Shown here piece by piece: positions 11,606-24,399 of a stretch of DNA of 64,000 nt. Under the pieces are notes generated by a model. It was not told the origin of the DNA. It did no database searches and saw nothing but the letters and a program-made list of their open reading frames with translations. A program made the translations under genes and the position numbers. The DNA is from Rhodosorus marinus CCMP1338 (taxonomy: Eukaryota > Plantae > Rhodophyta). The stretch is from positions 186,001 through 250,000 of the forward strand of contig JAMWBK010000011.1 in the NCBI GenBank assembly GCA_029953675.1, given 5' to 3'. How positions within the stretch are numbered: the stretch's first letter is position 1; every line of letters begins with the position of its first letter.

Positions 11606-12590
11606 GGTGGAGGCACAACTTCGATAGTGGTGGAGCAAATACAGTCAGCCACTCTAGAGACGTCTGGGAGAGACGAGGCGCATGGATGCGATGAGCAGGA
11701 TCGGGTGGCCCATAGGTAGGAGTGAAAGCCCCGGTGTTGACGGCCGCACGTACCAAGTGGAAAGCCTGGCGGTGAGCGACGTCGTATACGTGCCCGTCAA
11801 AGTAGTACATGCCAAGAATGTGCCTGGGCTACAGCTTGGCAAGCCGAACAATGTCCCACGAATGCTGGGCTTTACTCTTCGAGGGGTCTGTTCGACGAGC
11901 GTTCAAGAGGAAAAACGGGAGGAGGTCCTCCTTAGGCGGGTAGCTCGTGCCCTCCATGCTGTAGAAGAAAACCTGGTCGAAGGCCCCGGGCGATTGCTGC
12001 AGTTGCACGCGTTTGGGTGGTGCGCGAGCTGATTCCAGTACAAAAAGGTAGGCTCGACGTCGACTGCTTGGATGGACTAGCTCTGAAGTTGGGCAGCCAG
12101 TGCATTGCGACTGCATTTGTGCCTGAGCTTCCAGAGTGCAGTCGAAATGCGGTTATGGGGCTAGCAATAACTCGTACGTATTGTTGAAAAGAGTGCATTA
12201 GTTGATGGATGGATGGATAGATGGAGTACGTCGTCTGAAGACCCAGAAGCGCTAATCCTAACCGAACCCGACGACAGGATCGCAGGTCGTCTGTGGTCAT
12301 CGCTGCAGGGCCGGGCAAGGAAATATACGCCCTGTCCCTGGCCATCTGCGGAGCACCACCGAGCGCTGCAGAGGTCACATTTCTCCTCCACAAGCTCTTC
12401 GTGCACCTGCTGGTGACTCTGCTGGAGGCTGCTGTTGAAGCGGACCTGTAGGCGTATGGCCAAGGGAAGGGGGATGAACATCCTCAAAGCTTCAGATGAT
12501 ACAAGCTGAGACTTGCCAGCAAGAAAACGAATGGATGCTCGGTTGTGAATACCTCTGGCCATTAGCGTGACCAATTGAGGTCACGTAGAA
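11606..12590. repeat. Module U, right part
   Basis: Homologous to 21095-22140. Contains a GATG microsatellite at ~12203-12222. Confidence 0.8.
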
Positions 12591-12619
12591 TCTTAGTAAA
12601 ACAGGAGTTCCTTGTCCTC

Positions 12620-12985
12620 AGGTGACAAGGTACCTGCCTGCGTCCGCTCGGCGTCGAAGAGCTGCAGCTTGGTCCATGCGGCATGTGAAAGAATCGCAGT
12701 ACGCGGCAGCGATGTCAAACCCTAGCTTTCGCGATTCGGCGGTCACATACCGGTTCGTTCCCCTCGTTATTGAGTACTTTGGCTTGATATCTATCAAGAA
12801 CGTGATAGCTCACGTTCTTGCTGGCTTCGAGGTCTCTCTCGCAACGACCCAGGCGTCTAGATAGTCTGCTCACGGAGCTTTCTTTGACCCTGTGACGCTC
12901 AAATGCTGCTTTGTTTGTAGACGCGCGTCATCAGCGTCTTGTCTCTCGCTTCTCATGGTAGTTAGGCTCTGAATAAATTGATTAG
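12620..12985 (+). mobile_element. Family C 3' fragment
   Basis: RYLPASARRRRAAAWSMRHVKESQYAAAM...YRFVPLVIEYFG. The 3' UTR matches the reverse complement of 25120-25200. Confidence 0.8.
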
Positions 12986-15480
12986 TTTTGCAGCCCTTGC
13001 TCGTGTTTGTTTAGTAGCTCCAAGAAAACTAGCTTCCTTTTGCTTGCTTTGGGGTTATTGTTTTATTCCGTACAAAAACGTCTTGTTTTAGTATCCAAAG
13101 CTACAGTTCCGAGATAACAATGCCTGTGACAAAGCGAGAAACTGCTAGGTACTCTTACTCAAACGTTGCACGTGGACTGTAGGTCGCATGAAGCTCGAAA
13201 TTTCGTCGAGAATTACTGTCAGCTCCATCTAGCGCGCTACCAGAGTTTCAGCCGTTCACCTATTCTGACGCGTTGCTTTTATCACTAGGACAATTTCAGA
13301 ATCTCCAGCGACAATGCTTGTTGACAGAATTGGACCTCGCGTTCATAAACACAGTCTGTCCGCAACTACTACCACCTCAAAAATTGCCCCCCCGCCCCCC
13401 CCAATCTATACTTAACTCCTGGATCAGTGCAATGGTTGGTTGCATGGAAACCCTCCCCTCCTCCGCGGCGGAAATTCTGACCAGGAGAATTGAAAGCACA
13501 ACGCGAGTGGGAGCGGCTATTCCCGTACCGTGAAGAGAAACCAGCGCAAGTTGCCCTCGACTATCCTCACCACAGAGGTTGGTTGAAATGTACACCGAAG
13601 CGGCAAACCAGTAACCGCAAGCTTTACTGCGCAGCTGCCTACTGCAGCGCAACACTACGTCTAATCCTATCTAGGGAGAAACTAACCCCGTAGCCTTTAT
13701 TCGGCTGCTACCTACCGTAGCGCACCCCCTCTGTGGTATTGACTCAGTAGGACTAAGGGTTTGTTGGAGGGAGCGTCATCGGTGGAGGAACATTTGTCGG
13801 ACAATTACAGTCAGTACCATCTGAGAATACACACGTGTTTCGTCCGTCCGCATACTGTGACGCGCATGTTATGTGGATAGTTGGGTTGGAGAATAAGTAC
13901 ATGTTATCTTCTTCTTCTCGGCAGTACCAGAACACAGCCGTGCTGATGAGCGTGTCACCCAAAGCAGTGCAAGTCGCATTAAGGAAATCTTCGTCTGTAC
14001 AGCCGTCGCGGGGACACCCAAACGGTTGTTGACCGCTGCCTAGCCGACACACTATGGAAGAGTTCTCATCGGCAAGCTCGATTGGCTGGTTGCAGGGCCC
14101 TCCGCCGGTGACAAAACTGTTAACGAGAAAATCGCAGGACTGATCGGATACAGTTGGACCACCTACATTGTGATATGCCTCGATATATTTGCTGCCATCT
14201 GCTGCTTGGAACTGAAACGCGTTCTGTGACACACAAACCAACTTTGTGGGACCCTCCGAAGGAGTCGGCGAGGGTATCTCCGTTCTACAATCGCAGAATT
14301 CGTCCTCTCGAACATATGGTTCCTAGCCATCGGTGGTTGGTAGCAACGTTAGTCGTATCCAAAAGCGTTCACAGTTCGTCAGAGCTCAGACCCGCCCCGC
14401 CCCGCAAACCCGGAATATCCTCGCGCGGGGGGGAGCGACCACAAACAGCGCTCTGCCGAGCAGAGTTTGGGACGCGATTTACCTCGCCGATTGGGCATTC
14501 AAAACCTGCTGTTTCCTCACAAACTCCGCCTGGCCCTCGACACTGACCCGACTCGCACGGCGGGCAAGCTATCATAACGTCACAGGCAGTCGTGTTGTCG
14601 CCCTCCCTCGTCGTACACAGTTCATCCTCGTCCTCAGCGCTCAGAAAAACCCGGAATGGCTCGTCACTATCGCCTATCGCACTGACCATCGCGGAACCGA
14701 CCACCCCGACGCTCTGTCCACAACAATCAGTCTGTCCTTGCAATTCTTCGGGACACATAAGAACCCTGGCCCATCTGATCGTATCCGTAACCCCGTTCTT
14801 CGTCTTCCATCTGTCGATGTTCCTGCGAGAAGTGAATCTATCCTGACCGGTTGGGGGCTCATTAAAGTGCGCTCCAGCTCGAATCATGTTCAATTCATAT
14901 CCATCATCAGTCCTGAACTTGGCTCTGATACAACTCGGCAAGAACCCGGCCGCGGGGTCAAACTTTTTGTCGTTCAACTTGGTGTCCACACATATTTGGC
15001 CGAACCGGACTCCATGTTTGTCACGAAGGGGCCTACAGAACTCTGAAAATTCAAACGCTCCGTGCACCGGGTCAGCTGAACAGTCTTGAGATTGCGCGAC
15101 AGCGAGAACCACCACAACCACGAAGAGAAACAGTGCGTACGGTCCCATCTTCTCCTAATGCTTAACCCTCAACCAGAAAACCCACAGTCCCTCTTCCCTT
15201 CCCCTTAGCGTGTCCTCTATGCTTTTTGGTAGCGCCACGATCTATAGTTGACAGTCACGTCCTCGACCAACATAACCGAAGAAGTGGCTCCTCAACCCAA
15301 GTCTCATAGCACTGTCTTTCGCGCTGTGATATATATATATACATATCCATCTGTCTATACACACTATTGTTTGAGTTCCTCCCCAGGGTATTCATCCTAT
15401 TGCTCGGAAACTAATCGACATACTGAACTTCCATCGTAGGAAAACTCAGTCGCCTTCTCCCCACCTTCCCATGTTGGTCT
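12960..15480. repeat. Segmental duplication, paralogue at ~22330-24890
   Basis: Colinear high similarity, including the Cys-rich gene and its flanks. Confidence 0.9.
13753..15148 (-). CDS. Secreted cysteine-rich protein, 2 exons (15148-14483 and 14322-13753), 411 aa
   Basis: Hydrophobic signal peptide MGPYALFLFVVVVVLAVAQS. A 160-nt phase-0 intron (GTAAAT donor, GACTAAC branch, CTAG acceptor) joins the two track ORFs in frame. Confidence 0.8.
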
Positions 15481-15789
15481 TGTTCGTTCGTTGTGTAGAA
15501 TCTCATTGTTTCCTTTTTTTGTTTTTTTCTTTCAGTGCTTAGAAAATTGAAAATCCCGAGCTCTTGAGCACTGACTAGACACATCTTTACGTGATTTGCT
15601 TGGCGATTTGCCAAGCCGCAATGGCTCCCCACCCATCCTACCTCTTGTTGTTGATTTTAGGATAGTGAGTTCCGAACAACTAAGTTTACATTTTACAAGA
15701 AAATTGTAATAATATAGCTTAATAATATTAGGTTAAAAATATATTTGTTTATCGAGGAATATTATGTATCAAGGGATTTCGGTTACCAA

Positions 15790-16000
15790 GATGATCGTGC
15801 GTCTCCAACATCAAAGCAGCGTTCATACATACGCAGCAAGAAACTTAGACGGGTAAACAACGAGGACGAGGCGGTCAGGGCGTTCCCCGAACAATTCCCG
15901 ACTGCAACGAGAACCACCAACCGAATCCATAAGCCGAAAGCTCTCAATGACCGGAGGTACCGGGCGACGAGCTAGAGCCGAAGCACGAATACCTGGGAAC
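15790..16000 (-). mobile_element. Degenerate family A 3' fragment
   Basis: Reverse complement similar to 9060-9260. Confidence 0.75.
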
Positions 16001-16139
16001 ATCCAGTAGGGCGAATCGGGACGGGGGGGGGGTTGCGGAAATAGCGTTCACTTGAAAAGAAGTAAAAGCACGGCCTTTGGGAAAGGGAATTTTTTTCACC
16101 CCTGTTTTTCAGTTTTTTCAATATATCCCAGAAGTCATT

Positions 16140-16460
16140 GCATGATAATCTCAGCTTTTCAGGACGAGAAGTAATCGTGATTCATGATATGCGAAGTTTG
16201 AGATCCTTGTCCTATCAACAAGTAATCATGATTCGATGCGTGGACCGGAGATGATTGATTAGCCCGCTAACGTTGATTGAACAACAGACAAATTCTCGAA
16301 CCCTTTAATCGAACGGCAGAATCCGACATGTTTTTTTCGAAGAATTGCAATCAGGCACCGTTTACATTTATACTGATTTGCAATGGTCTGAGAACTAGCC
16401 ATTTCCATGATAAGCTCAGTTCATGGCGAGAAGTAATCGTGATTCATGATATGCGAGTGT
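16140..16460. repeat. Module with recurring 15-mer AAGTAATCRTGATTC
   Basis: Copies start at 16169, 16220 and 16431. The inverted paralogue has copies at 24981, 25033 and 25080. Confidence 0.8.
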
Positions 16461-16591
16461 AAACCCACTTCGAAATTTTATCCGACCGTGTGATAAACGG
16501 TATTGGATGGCCCATGACGACCTTATTCATATCACAAATTCATTCGTATGTATTGTATACCGTATATATAATAACGTTGTAGGGTCATTGA

Positions 16592-16878
16592 AAGAAATTT
16601 GTTTAATCAGTGATTGAAGAAAACAAAACCCTGAGGGAAAAACGAAAAAGAAAGAGCGGCGAAGATCGCGATTCTCGAACATCAAAGCAGCGCGTTCATA
16701 CGCCACCGCAAGACACTTACATGGGTAACAACGAGGACTCAGGCCGTCAGGGCGTTCGTGGAACACTTTCCCGAAGACAACGAGAACCAACCGAGTAACC
16801 CCAGAAACCCAAAGCACTCAATGACCGGAGGTGCTGCCAGGCGATGAGCTAGAGCCGAACCACGAGTACCCGGGAACA
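16592..16878 (-). mobile_element. Degenerate family A 3' fragment
   Basis: ORF 16527-16817 contains ERPDGL and AALMFENRDLRR. 3' UTR remnant is present. Confidence 0.75.
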
Positions 16879-17489
16879 TTCACGTCACCCCAGACTAACA
16901 TGGAGCGAGCAGATGAGGATGCGACGGGGAGGAGGGGAAAGTATCGTTCATTTGAGAAGAAGTAAAAACACATACTTTTGGAAAGATAATTTTTTTCACC
17001 CCTTTTTTTCAGTTTTTTCAATATATCCCTTGTATACGTTGATTTTTTTTCCGTATGGTATTTATGCTTTTTTGGATTTTTTTCTATCTGCTGGAGGGAC
17101 TCATGGATCACACGCATTTTGAACATGAGCTAAAAGCTAACAATAAAAGTTAAACTCCAAAATAACAAAATTGGAAGAAAATTCGTAGAAAACCGACGAC
17201 TACTCCGAAGAGATCCGGGGGTGTGGGAAAACGGGAGAGAACCTTTCTTCAAGGGTTGAATTACACAATTAGCTCACTTGGGGCAGAGATCTGTTTCCGC
17301 CGCATGGATCCTCGGGAAGCAGAATTCAAAGTGTGAAATCTTGTCATTCCTCTTCTGAACGATATCAGGGTCTGGTTCTTTTCTGCATCGTTGAAAAGCG
17401 TATAACGTAACCCCAAACCAGGTAAATCATGGGGAACCGGAGATTTGTGTAGTCAGCGTTCTCTTTCAAAAGACATTTAAGATCAGTGA

Positions 17490-17990
17490 CCACAAGGTCC
17501 GCCACCCGTTTCACCACTGGGGCGTCAAATTCATCAGTAAATTGCCCGTGCCACCGGCATGGGGACGTCACACTCCGCCTCGCGGTCCGTGCCCAGCTCC
17601 TGATAACGAAGATAGCGGAACAGCAAGCGGTTGAGGCGCGTATGGCGTCTTTTCCGGGCCCCTGGGACCTGTGGACAGGATGCCAACAAGTGCCCACCAA
17701 AATCACCGGAAGGCACCGAACCGCCGCACAGGTTACACCTCGAATCCCTGTCCGCAAGCCATGGAGGTTGTGGCAACCCTAGGTACAAGCGCAAGCTCGT
17801 ACGAAGCTCGAAATCTGTCACCGCCAACCGCTGATGGGCAGGAATGACCGTAAAAAACGGGGGCTCAGACTTCCCCCCAAAACCAAGGAGGCGTGCCAAG
17901 GTCGAAGGCAGAAGGGAAGGCGAACTCAGAAAGGTGCCGCCCGAGTCCCGATGTTTGTCCCAAGACAGGGTGAAAGAATGCGATCCGGCG
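17490..17990 (-). mobile_element. Family C fragment with zinc knuckle
   Basis: DFELRTSLRLYLGL..CNLCGG..HLLASCP..RRHTRLNRLL, then RVADLVVTDL. Confidence 0.85.
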
Positions 17991-18405
17991 GTTTCATCAC
18001 CGTCCAACCTCGACTGGACTATGGCAGCGGCAGCACCCGAGATCTGGACAGAGTTGGCCCGGTGATGGTTGAACTTTATCGACATTGAACAAGAACCAGA
18101 GGGGTACTTTGAAAACTACGGACTACGACCGGACATCGTTGCTACGCCTGCCAGGACCTTCGAACGGTATGCGTTGGATGTGACGATTGTATCACCCCCG
18201 CGGCGATGCATTTGAACCGAAGTGAGAGGGAGAACGGGTGTGCAGCGAAGGTAGCCGAGAACTGGAAGATCGTACACTAGGAAGCAATGAGGATTGAGAA
18301 ACTGGGTGAGAATTTTATTCCAATCGCAAATGAGAGTTTTGGGAGGACTGGACAAATGGCGCCGGAATTCTTGCGCGAATGCTGCAGCTGTAAGCACTGA
18401 TTACA

Positions 18406-18894
18406 ACGTGAGAAACCTTTACCCGTCGCGGACTTTCAAAATGATGAACGCCGTGTAGCCGACCTGGTGATCACCTGTGACGACAGCCACCGTACCACAT
18501 ACGTTGATCTTGCTGTTCCTAACCCTCAAGCTAGTCGTTATCTCCCGGCTGCGGGGGAGCGCCGTGGATCTGCCGCCGCCAGCATGAGACGCCGCAAAGA
18601 GATCAAATACGCGGGGGCTTTGTCTTCCCCTGGTGTTCGTGCTTCGGCACTAGCACATCGTTTGGTACCCCTGATCATTGAGTGCTTTGGGTTCATGGAC
18701 TCTGTTGGTTCTCGCTGGCTTCGGGAGTTGTTCCGCGAACGCCCTGACCGTCTTCAATCGTTGTTTACCCGCTTAAGTTTCCTGCTGTGGCGCATGAATG
18801 CCGCTTTGATGTTGGAGGCGCGAGTACTTCGCCGCGCTTAGTCTTTTTTTCCCCTCGGGGTTTTTTTTTCAGCCTCCGATTAAACCATTCGTTC
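18406..18894 (+). mobile_element. 5'-truncated family A insertion with GATTACA TSD
   Basis: TSD at 18399-18405 and 18895-18901. The empty paralogous site is at ~2405-2415. RLE motif RVADLVITC...YVDLAVPNP is intact. Confidence 0.92.
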
Positions 18895-19159
18895 GATTAC
18901 ACTGGAACGCGGAGATGAGCGATGTGCGGGCTCAGATGAACAGGAGACTATGGCAAGGTAGCGCCGAGATTGAAATAGGCGCTTTGCGTGTGGACCTGTT
19001 GGAAAATCTCCTGGTTTCTGTTTTTTCTTTCGAACGTAGCGTGAGACCCCGGTAGCGAGGTTCCTGTAAGTATTCCCCTATATGGCGATAGAAATAGTTT
19101 TACGCCGCAGTCGGCAGCCGTCCAGGAAAGTTTACCGCTACGTTAGTCTGGGGCATGTA

Positions 19160-19780
19160 CTATATGTTCACAACCCCATGACTCTGCAGGCATTCAACGC
19201 CTTTACCACTGCACCAGTTGTACAGGGAGCTGGGCACTGATACACAGCATTGCATGGTCCGGGACGCTCTGGTTACACAACTCAGACAATGGAGACTGGA
19301 GGGGACGCTGGAACCGAGCGGACTCTGTCCAGGCAGCCACCTTCGACCGGGCATTTTAGCTCGCCACTTTCGGACCGGGAAGCCGTACGTGATCGACCGA
19401 AAAGTCACCTCGCTGCTGCAAAAGACCTACTCATACAAAGGGTCCTCGGAGACAGAGTATGCTGACCACAAGGCAGAGACGTTTGTCCAAATACCGGCTA
19501 TCAGTGCTCGTAGTGATGACATTTTCGTGCCCTTCTGCGTGGAGAAGGGGTAATGGCTAAGCAAGCTGATAAATTTTCAAAGAGGTGACTCTGAACTTGC
19601 AGCACGCAGCGGCACAAGTCAGCGACGCACGCGCAAAAATCAACCGGTTCTTATGGGAAGCAAATGCACTACTTGCCACGCAGGCGCGCCCAATTGACGA
19701 AGGGAACTATAACATCGTCCCTCTAGTAGAACATAGCCACACAACCCATTAGGGGGTTTTTAACCCATAGATAGATTGCT
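19160..19780 (+). mobile_element. Family D 3' fragment
   Basis: Paralogue of 2675-3260. C-terminus RAKINRFLWEANALLATQARP resembles the family A C-terminus. Confidence 0.75.
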
Positions 19781-20059
19781 TATTTTCTCCTGACGGGCTC
19801 CAATAGGGAGTCTTTTAGTAAAGCGCTCACGGTTACGTTAGTCCGGTGCTACTCTCGAGAGAGGCTCATCAAACAGTTTTCACCCGACTGGTCACGGGTC
19901 CCCTACTCGACCAAAAAAAAACCAAGACAAACCACCAAACTACCACGGTTTCAACAGACGGAACGCCAAATGATCACACCGCGACGGGACTACGGTGGTC
20001 AACCGCACAACTAGCAGCCCAGATCCATCTACCCCGGGGACTAGGGCTGGTCTCACTGG

Positions 20060-20300
20060 TTCCAGCCTTTCATTGTGGAAAGCTTTGAGCATCTGGAAAA
20101 GTCAAGCTCGAAGCGGCAGCGCAAACGTTTCTCCGAACATCCTGAAAAATATCTGGTGCTCCTCCGCCGTTTGACTGTCACTCTCTGACGGTATCTAGCG
20201 ACATGCTCGCCGAGCCCTCCGCCGGGGCTTGCTTGCTCTTCTCCCTAGTCCCTAGTTTCCTTTTACGTCTTGCGTAGCGCATCAGGTTACGTTAGAAAAC
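20060..20300 (+). mobile_element. Family B 3' fragment
   Basis: Matches 44200-44420. Confidence 0.75.
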
Positions 20301-20499
20301 CACAACCGCCAAAAGACACTACGGGTTGTAGAGAACCGATTTTGCCTTGGTGGTAGTTGGAAAACTCCTCTTCGGAAGGCCCGGCGGGGGACAGATGTGT
20401 CCAGACACAAAATTACACCACAGAGTTCGCGGTGCCTTCGTCCTGAGAGCATAGAGGGCACGAAGAACAAAAAATTAGTTTATAAGGTCATCTCATCAT

Positions 20500-22140
20500 C
20501 GAAATGTAATTGCACAGCAGTCGACACGCGAGCGAGGCCGAGAGCTGCAAGAATGGACCCCGGCACCCGAACTGCCCATTGGCGGGGGTGCGATTGGAGG
20601 TTCGTCATTCCAGGACCTCACTTTGCTTTGGGCTTTTGGCTGGCCGGTCGATGTTAATCTGGTCCTGTGCCGTCTCCAACCTTTGCATGGGCTTGCCTGG
20701 GTCTGGAGCATGTAGCTCAACAGAGGGGCCGTGTGGGTGCACTGCTCGGGAGCTCGGGGCCGGCAAGCTGAGTCGTGAACACCCGCTGACTGGGGGCCTA
20801 GCCCGATAGATCGCTCTTCGGCGGAGGAAGACGTTTTCACTTCCTCAAGTGGGGAGCTCACTTTTCGCCGTCCGTACCTCTCTCTGTCTGTAGGCCGCAC
20901 TTCCCAGTGCCGGAACCTGCCGGGCGCGAGGAGGGGGGTTTGAGAGCAACCTGAAGCGGGCGCGGTGGGGTAGCAGTATCTTCAGGAGAAGAGCACGAGG
21001 GGCATCGGGGATGAATGGAAGCTCAGCGGTAAGGTGGAAGGCGAAAGACCTCACGAGCGGTGACAGAAAGGCCCGATGATTTAGGGCACCACGGTGAAGG
21101 CACAGCATCGGTAGCGGTGGAGCAAATACAGGCGAGGCAGGTCACTCTGGGCGTGACGAAGCTTTTCAGTGGTGTTCAGCCACTCTAGAGAAATCCTGGG
21201 AGAGACGAGCCGCATGGATACGATGAGCAGGATCGGGTGGGCCATAGGTAGGAGTGAAAGCCCCGGAGTTCACGGCGACGCGTACCAACTGGAAAACTGG
21301 CGGTGAGCGCGCGCGGACGACGATGTAGACGTGCCCGTCAAAGTGGTCCTTGCCGAGAATGTGACTGGACTGCTGCTTAGAAAAGCGGAACACTGTCCCA
21401 CGAGTGCTGGGCTTTACTCTTCGAGGGGTTTGCTCGGCGCACGTTCAAGAGGACAAACGGGAGGAGGTCCTCCTTAGGCAGGTAGGTCGTGCCCTCCAGC
21501 TGGAGAAGAAGACCCGACTGAAGGCCCAGGCGATTGCTGCAGTTGCACGCGTTGGGCGGTGGGCCAGCTGATTCCCGTAAAAAAGGTAGGCTCGACGTCG
21601 ACTGCTTGGATGTACCAGCTCTGAAGTTGGGCAGCCAGTGCATTGCGACTGCATTTGTGCCTGAGCGTCCAGATTACAGTCGAAATGCAGTTATGGACTA
21701 ACCGCAACTCGTATGTACTACTGAAAAGAGCGCATTAGTTAATGGATGGATGGATGGATGGATGGATGGTTGGATAGATGGAGTACGTCGTCTGAAGACC
21801 CAGAAGCGCTAATCCTAACCGAACCCGACGACAGGATCGCAGGTCGTCTGTGGTCATCGCCGCAGGGCCGGGCAAGGAAAACTACGCCCTGTCCATGGCC
21901 ATCTGCGCAATAGCACCGAGCGCTGCAGAGGTCGTTCTCCTCCACAAGCTCTTCGTACACCTGGTGGTGACTCTGGTGGAGGCAGCTGTTGAAGTGGACC
22001 TGTAGGCGTATGGCCAAGGGCCGGGGGATGAACATCCTCAGAGCTTCAGATGATAGAAGCTGAGACTCGCAAACAAGAAACCGCATGGATGCTCAGTTGT
22101 AAGTACCTCTGGCCATTAGCATGACCACGTGAGGCCACGT
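20500..22140. repeat. Module U, longest uninterrupted copy
   Basis: Joins the U parts seen separately at 4342-4754 and 11606-12590. (GATG)n microsatellite at ~21742-21780. Confidence 0.8.
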
Positions 22141-22184
22141 AGAATCTTCTTGCGATACTACTTTCCTGTTGAATACTTGGAACT

Positions 22185-22345
22185 TTTGCGGTGTTTAAGT
22201 GTCTCTCTGTGGCGATATTCGAGCAGCATGCTTGCCGAGGCGCGCCATCGGCGCCTGGGTTTGCACGCTTCCCTACCTAGTTCTTAGTTCCTTTTCAGGG
22301 TTTGCGTAGCGCTTTAGGCTATGCTAATAAAGCCTGTAAAACAGG
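22185..22345 (+). mobile_element. Family B 3' fragment
   Basis: SSMLAEARHRRLGLHASLPSS* followed by the family B 3' UTR. Confidence 0.75.
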
Positions 22346-23006
22346 AGTTTCGCAGCCCTGGTTTGTGGTGTTTGTATAGGAGCTCCAGGAAAACTCGGTT
22401 CTTTGGCTTGCTTTGGGGTTATTGTTATATTCCGTACAAAAACGTCTTTTTTTAGTATCCAATAGCACAGTTCCGAGAGAACAATGCCTGTGACAAAGCG
22501 AGAAACTGCTAGGTACTCTTACTCAAATGTTGCAGGTGGACTGCAGGTCGCAACACGCTCGAAATTTAGTGGACAATTACCGTCAGCTCCATCTATCGCG
22601 CTATCGGAGTTTCAGCCCTTCACCTATTCTGACGCGTTGTTTTTATCACTCGGACAATTTCAGAATCTCCAGCGACAGTGCTTGTTGACAGAATTGGACC
22701 TTGCATTCATAAACACACTCTGTCCGCAACTGCAAACACCTAAAAAACTGTGAACCACCCCCAACTCGTATACTTGGCGCCTGGATCAGCGCAATGGTTG
22801 GTTGCATGGAACCCCTCCGCTCCTACGGGGGGGAAATTCTCAGAAAGGAAAATTGAAAGCACAACCCGAGCGGGACCAACTATTCCCGTACCGTAGAGAG
22901 AAACCGGCCGTTAGTTCCCCTCGAGCATCCTCACCACAGAAGTTTGTTGAAAGGTACACTGAAGCGGCCAACTAGCAACCGCTTCTGTGGAATTGACTCG
23001 GTAGGA

Positions 23007-24399
23007 CTAGAGGTTTGTCGGAGGGAGCGTCATGGGTGGAGGAACAGTTCTCGGACAATTACAGTCAGCACCATCTGGGAATCCACAGGCGTTTCGTCCG
23101 TTCGCATACTGTGAAGCGCATGTTACGAGGATAGTTGGGTTGGAGAGTACATCTCCTTCTTCTCGGCAGTACCAGAACACAGCCGCGCTAATGAGCGTGT
23201 TACCCGAAGTACTGCAAGTCGCACTAAGGAAATTTTGGTCTGTACAGGGGGGACACCCCGCCGGTTGTTGACCGCTGCCTGTCGCACACACTATGGAAGA
23301 GTTCTCATCGGCAAGCTCGATTGGTTGATTGCAGGGCCCTCCGCCAGTGACAAAACTGTTAGTGAGAAAAGCGCAGGCCTGGCTTGCTACGCTTGGACCA
23401 CCGAAGTTCAGACGTGCCTCGATCCGTTTGCTGCCATCTGCTGCTTGGTACTGAAACGCGTTCTGTGACACACATTCCAACTTTGTGGGACCCTCCGAAG
23501 GAGTCGGCGAGGGTATCTCCGTTCTACAATCGCAGAATTCGTCCTCTCGAACATATGGTTCCTAGACATCGGTGGTTGGTAGCAACGTTAGTCGTATCCA
23601 AAAGCGTTCACAGTTCGTCAGAGCTCAGACCCGCCCCGCCCCGCAAACCCGGAATATCCTCGCGCGGGGGGGAGCGACCACAAACAGCGCTCGGCAGAGC
23701 GCTGTTTGTGGCAGAGTTTGGGACGCGACTTACCTCGCCGATCGGGCATTCAAAACCTGCAGTTTCCTCACAAACTCCACCTGGCCCTCGACACTGACCC
23801 GACTCGCACGGCGGGCAAGCTATCATAACGTCACAGGCAGTCGTGTTGTCGCCCTCTCTCGTCGTACACAGATCATCCTCGTCCTCAGCGCTCAGAAAAA
23901 CCCGGAATGGCTCGTCACTATCGCCTATCGCACTGACCATCGCGGAACCGACCACCCCGACGCTCTGTCCACAACAATCAGTCTGTCCTTGCAATTCTTC
24001 AGGACAGACAAGAACCCTGGCCCATCTGATCGTATCCGTAACCCCGTTCTTCGTCTTCCATCTGTCGATGTTCCTGCGAGAAGTGAATCTATCCTGACCG
24101 GTTGGGGGCTCATTAAAGTGCGCTCCAGCTCGAATCATGTTCAATTCATATCCATCATCAGCCCTGAACTTGGCTCTGATACAGCTCGGCAAGAACCCGG
24201 CCGCGGGGTCAAACTTTTTGTCGTTCAACTTGGTGTCCACACATATTTGGCCGAACCGGACTCCATGTTTGTTGCGAAGGGGCCTACAGAACTCTGAAAA
24301 TTCAAACGCTCCGTGCACCGGGTCCGCTGAACAGTCTTGAGATTGCGCGATAGCGAGAACCGTCACAACCACGAAGAGAAACAGTGCGTACGGTCCCAT
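23007..24399 (-). CDS. Secreted cysteine-rich protein paralogue, 2 exons (24399-23734 and 23561-23007), 406 aa
   Basis: Same structure as 13753-15148. The 172-nt intron has a GTAAGT donor, GACTAAC branch and CTAG acceptor. Confidence 0.8.

Noticed and set aside
14369-14482. C-terminal SDEL as an ER-retention-like signal ending ORF 14369-15148 (also 23608)
   Set aside because: It lies within the predicted intron. Splicing joins the ORF to the downstream Cys-rich exon.
16140-16460. CRISPR-like array
   Set aside because: Only two or three short repeats, irregular spacing, no cas genes and a eukaryotic context.
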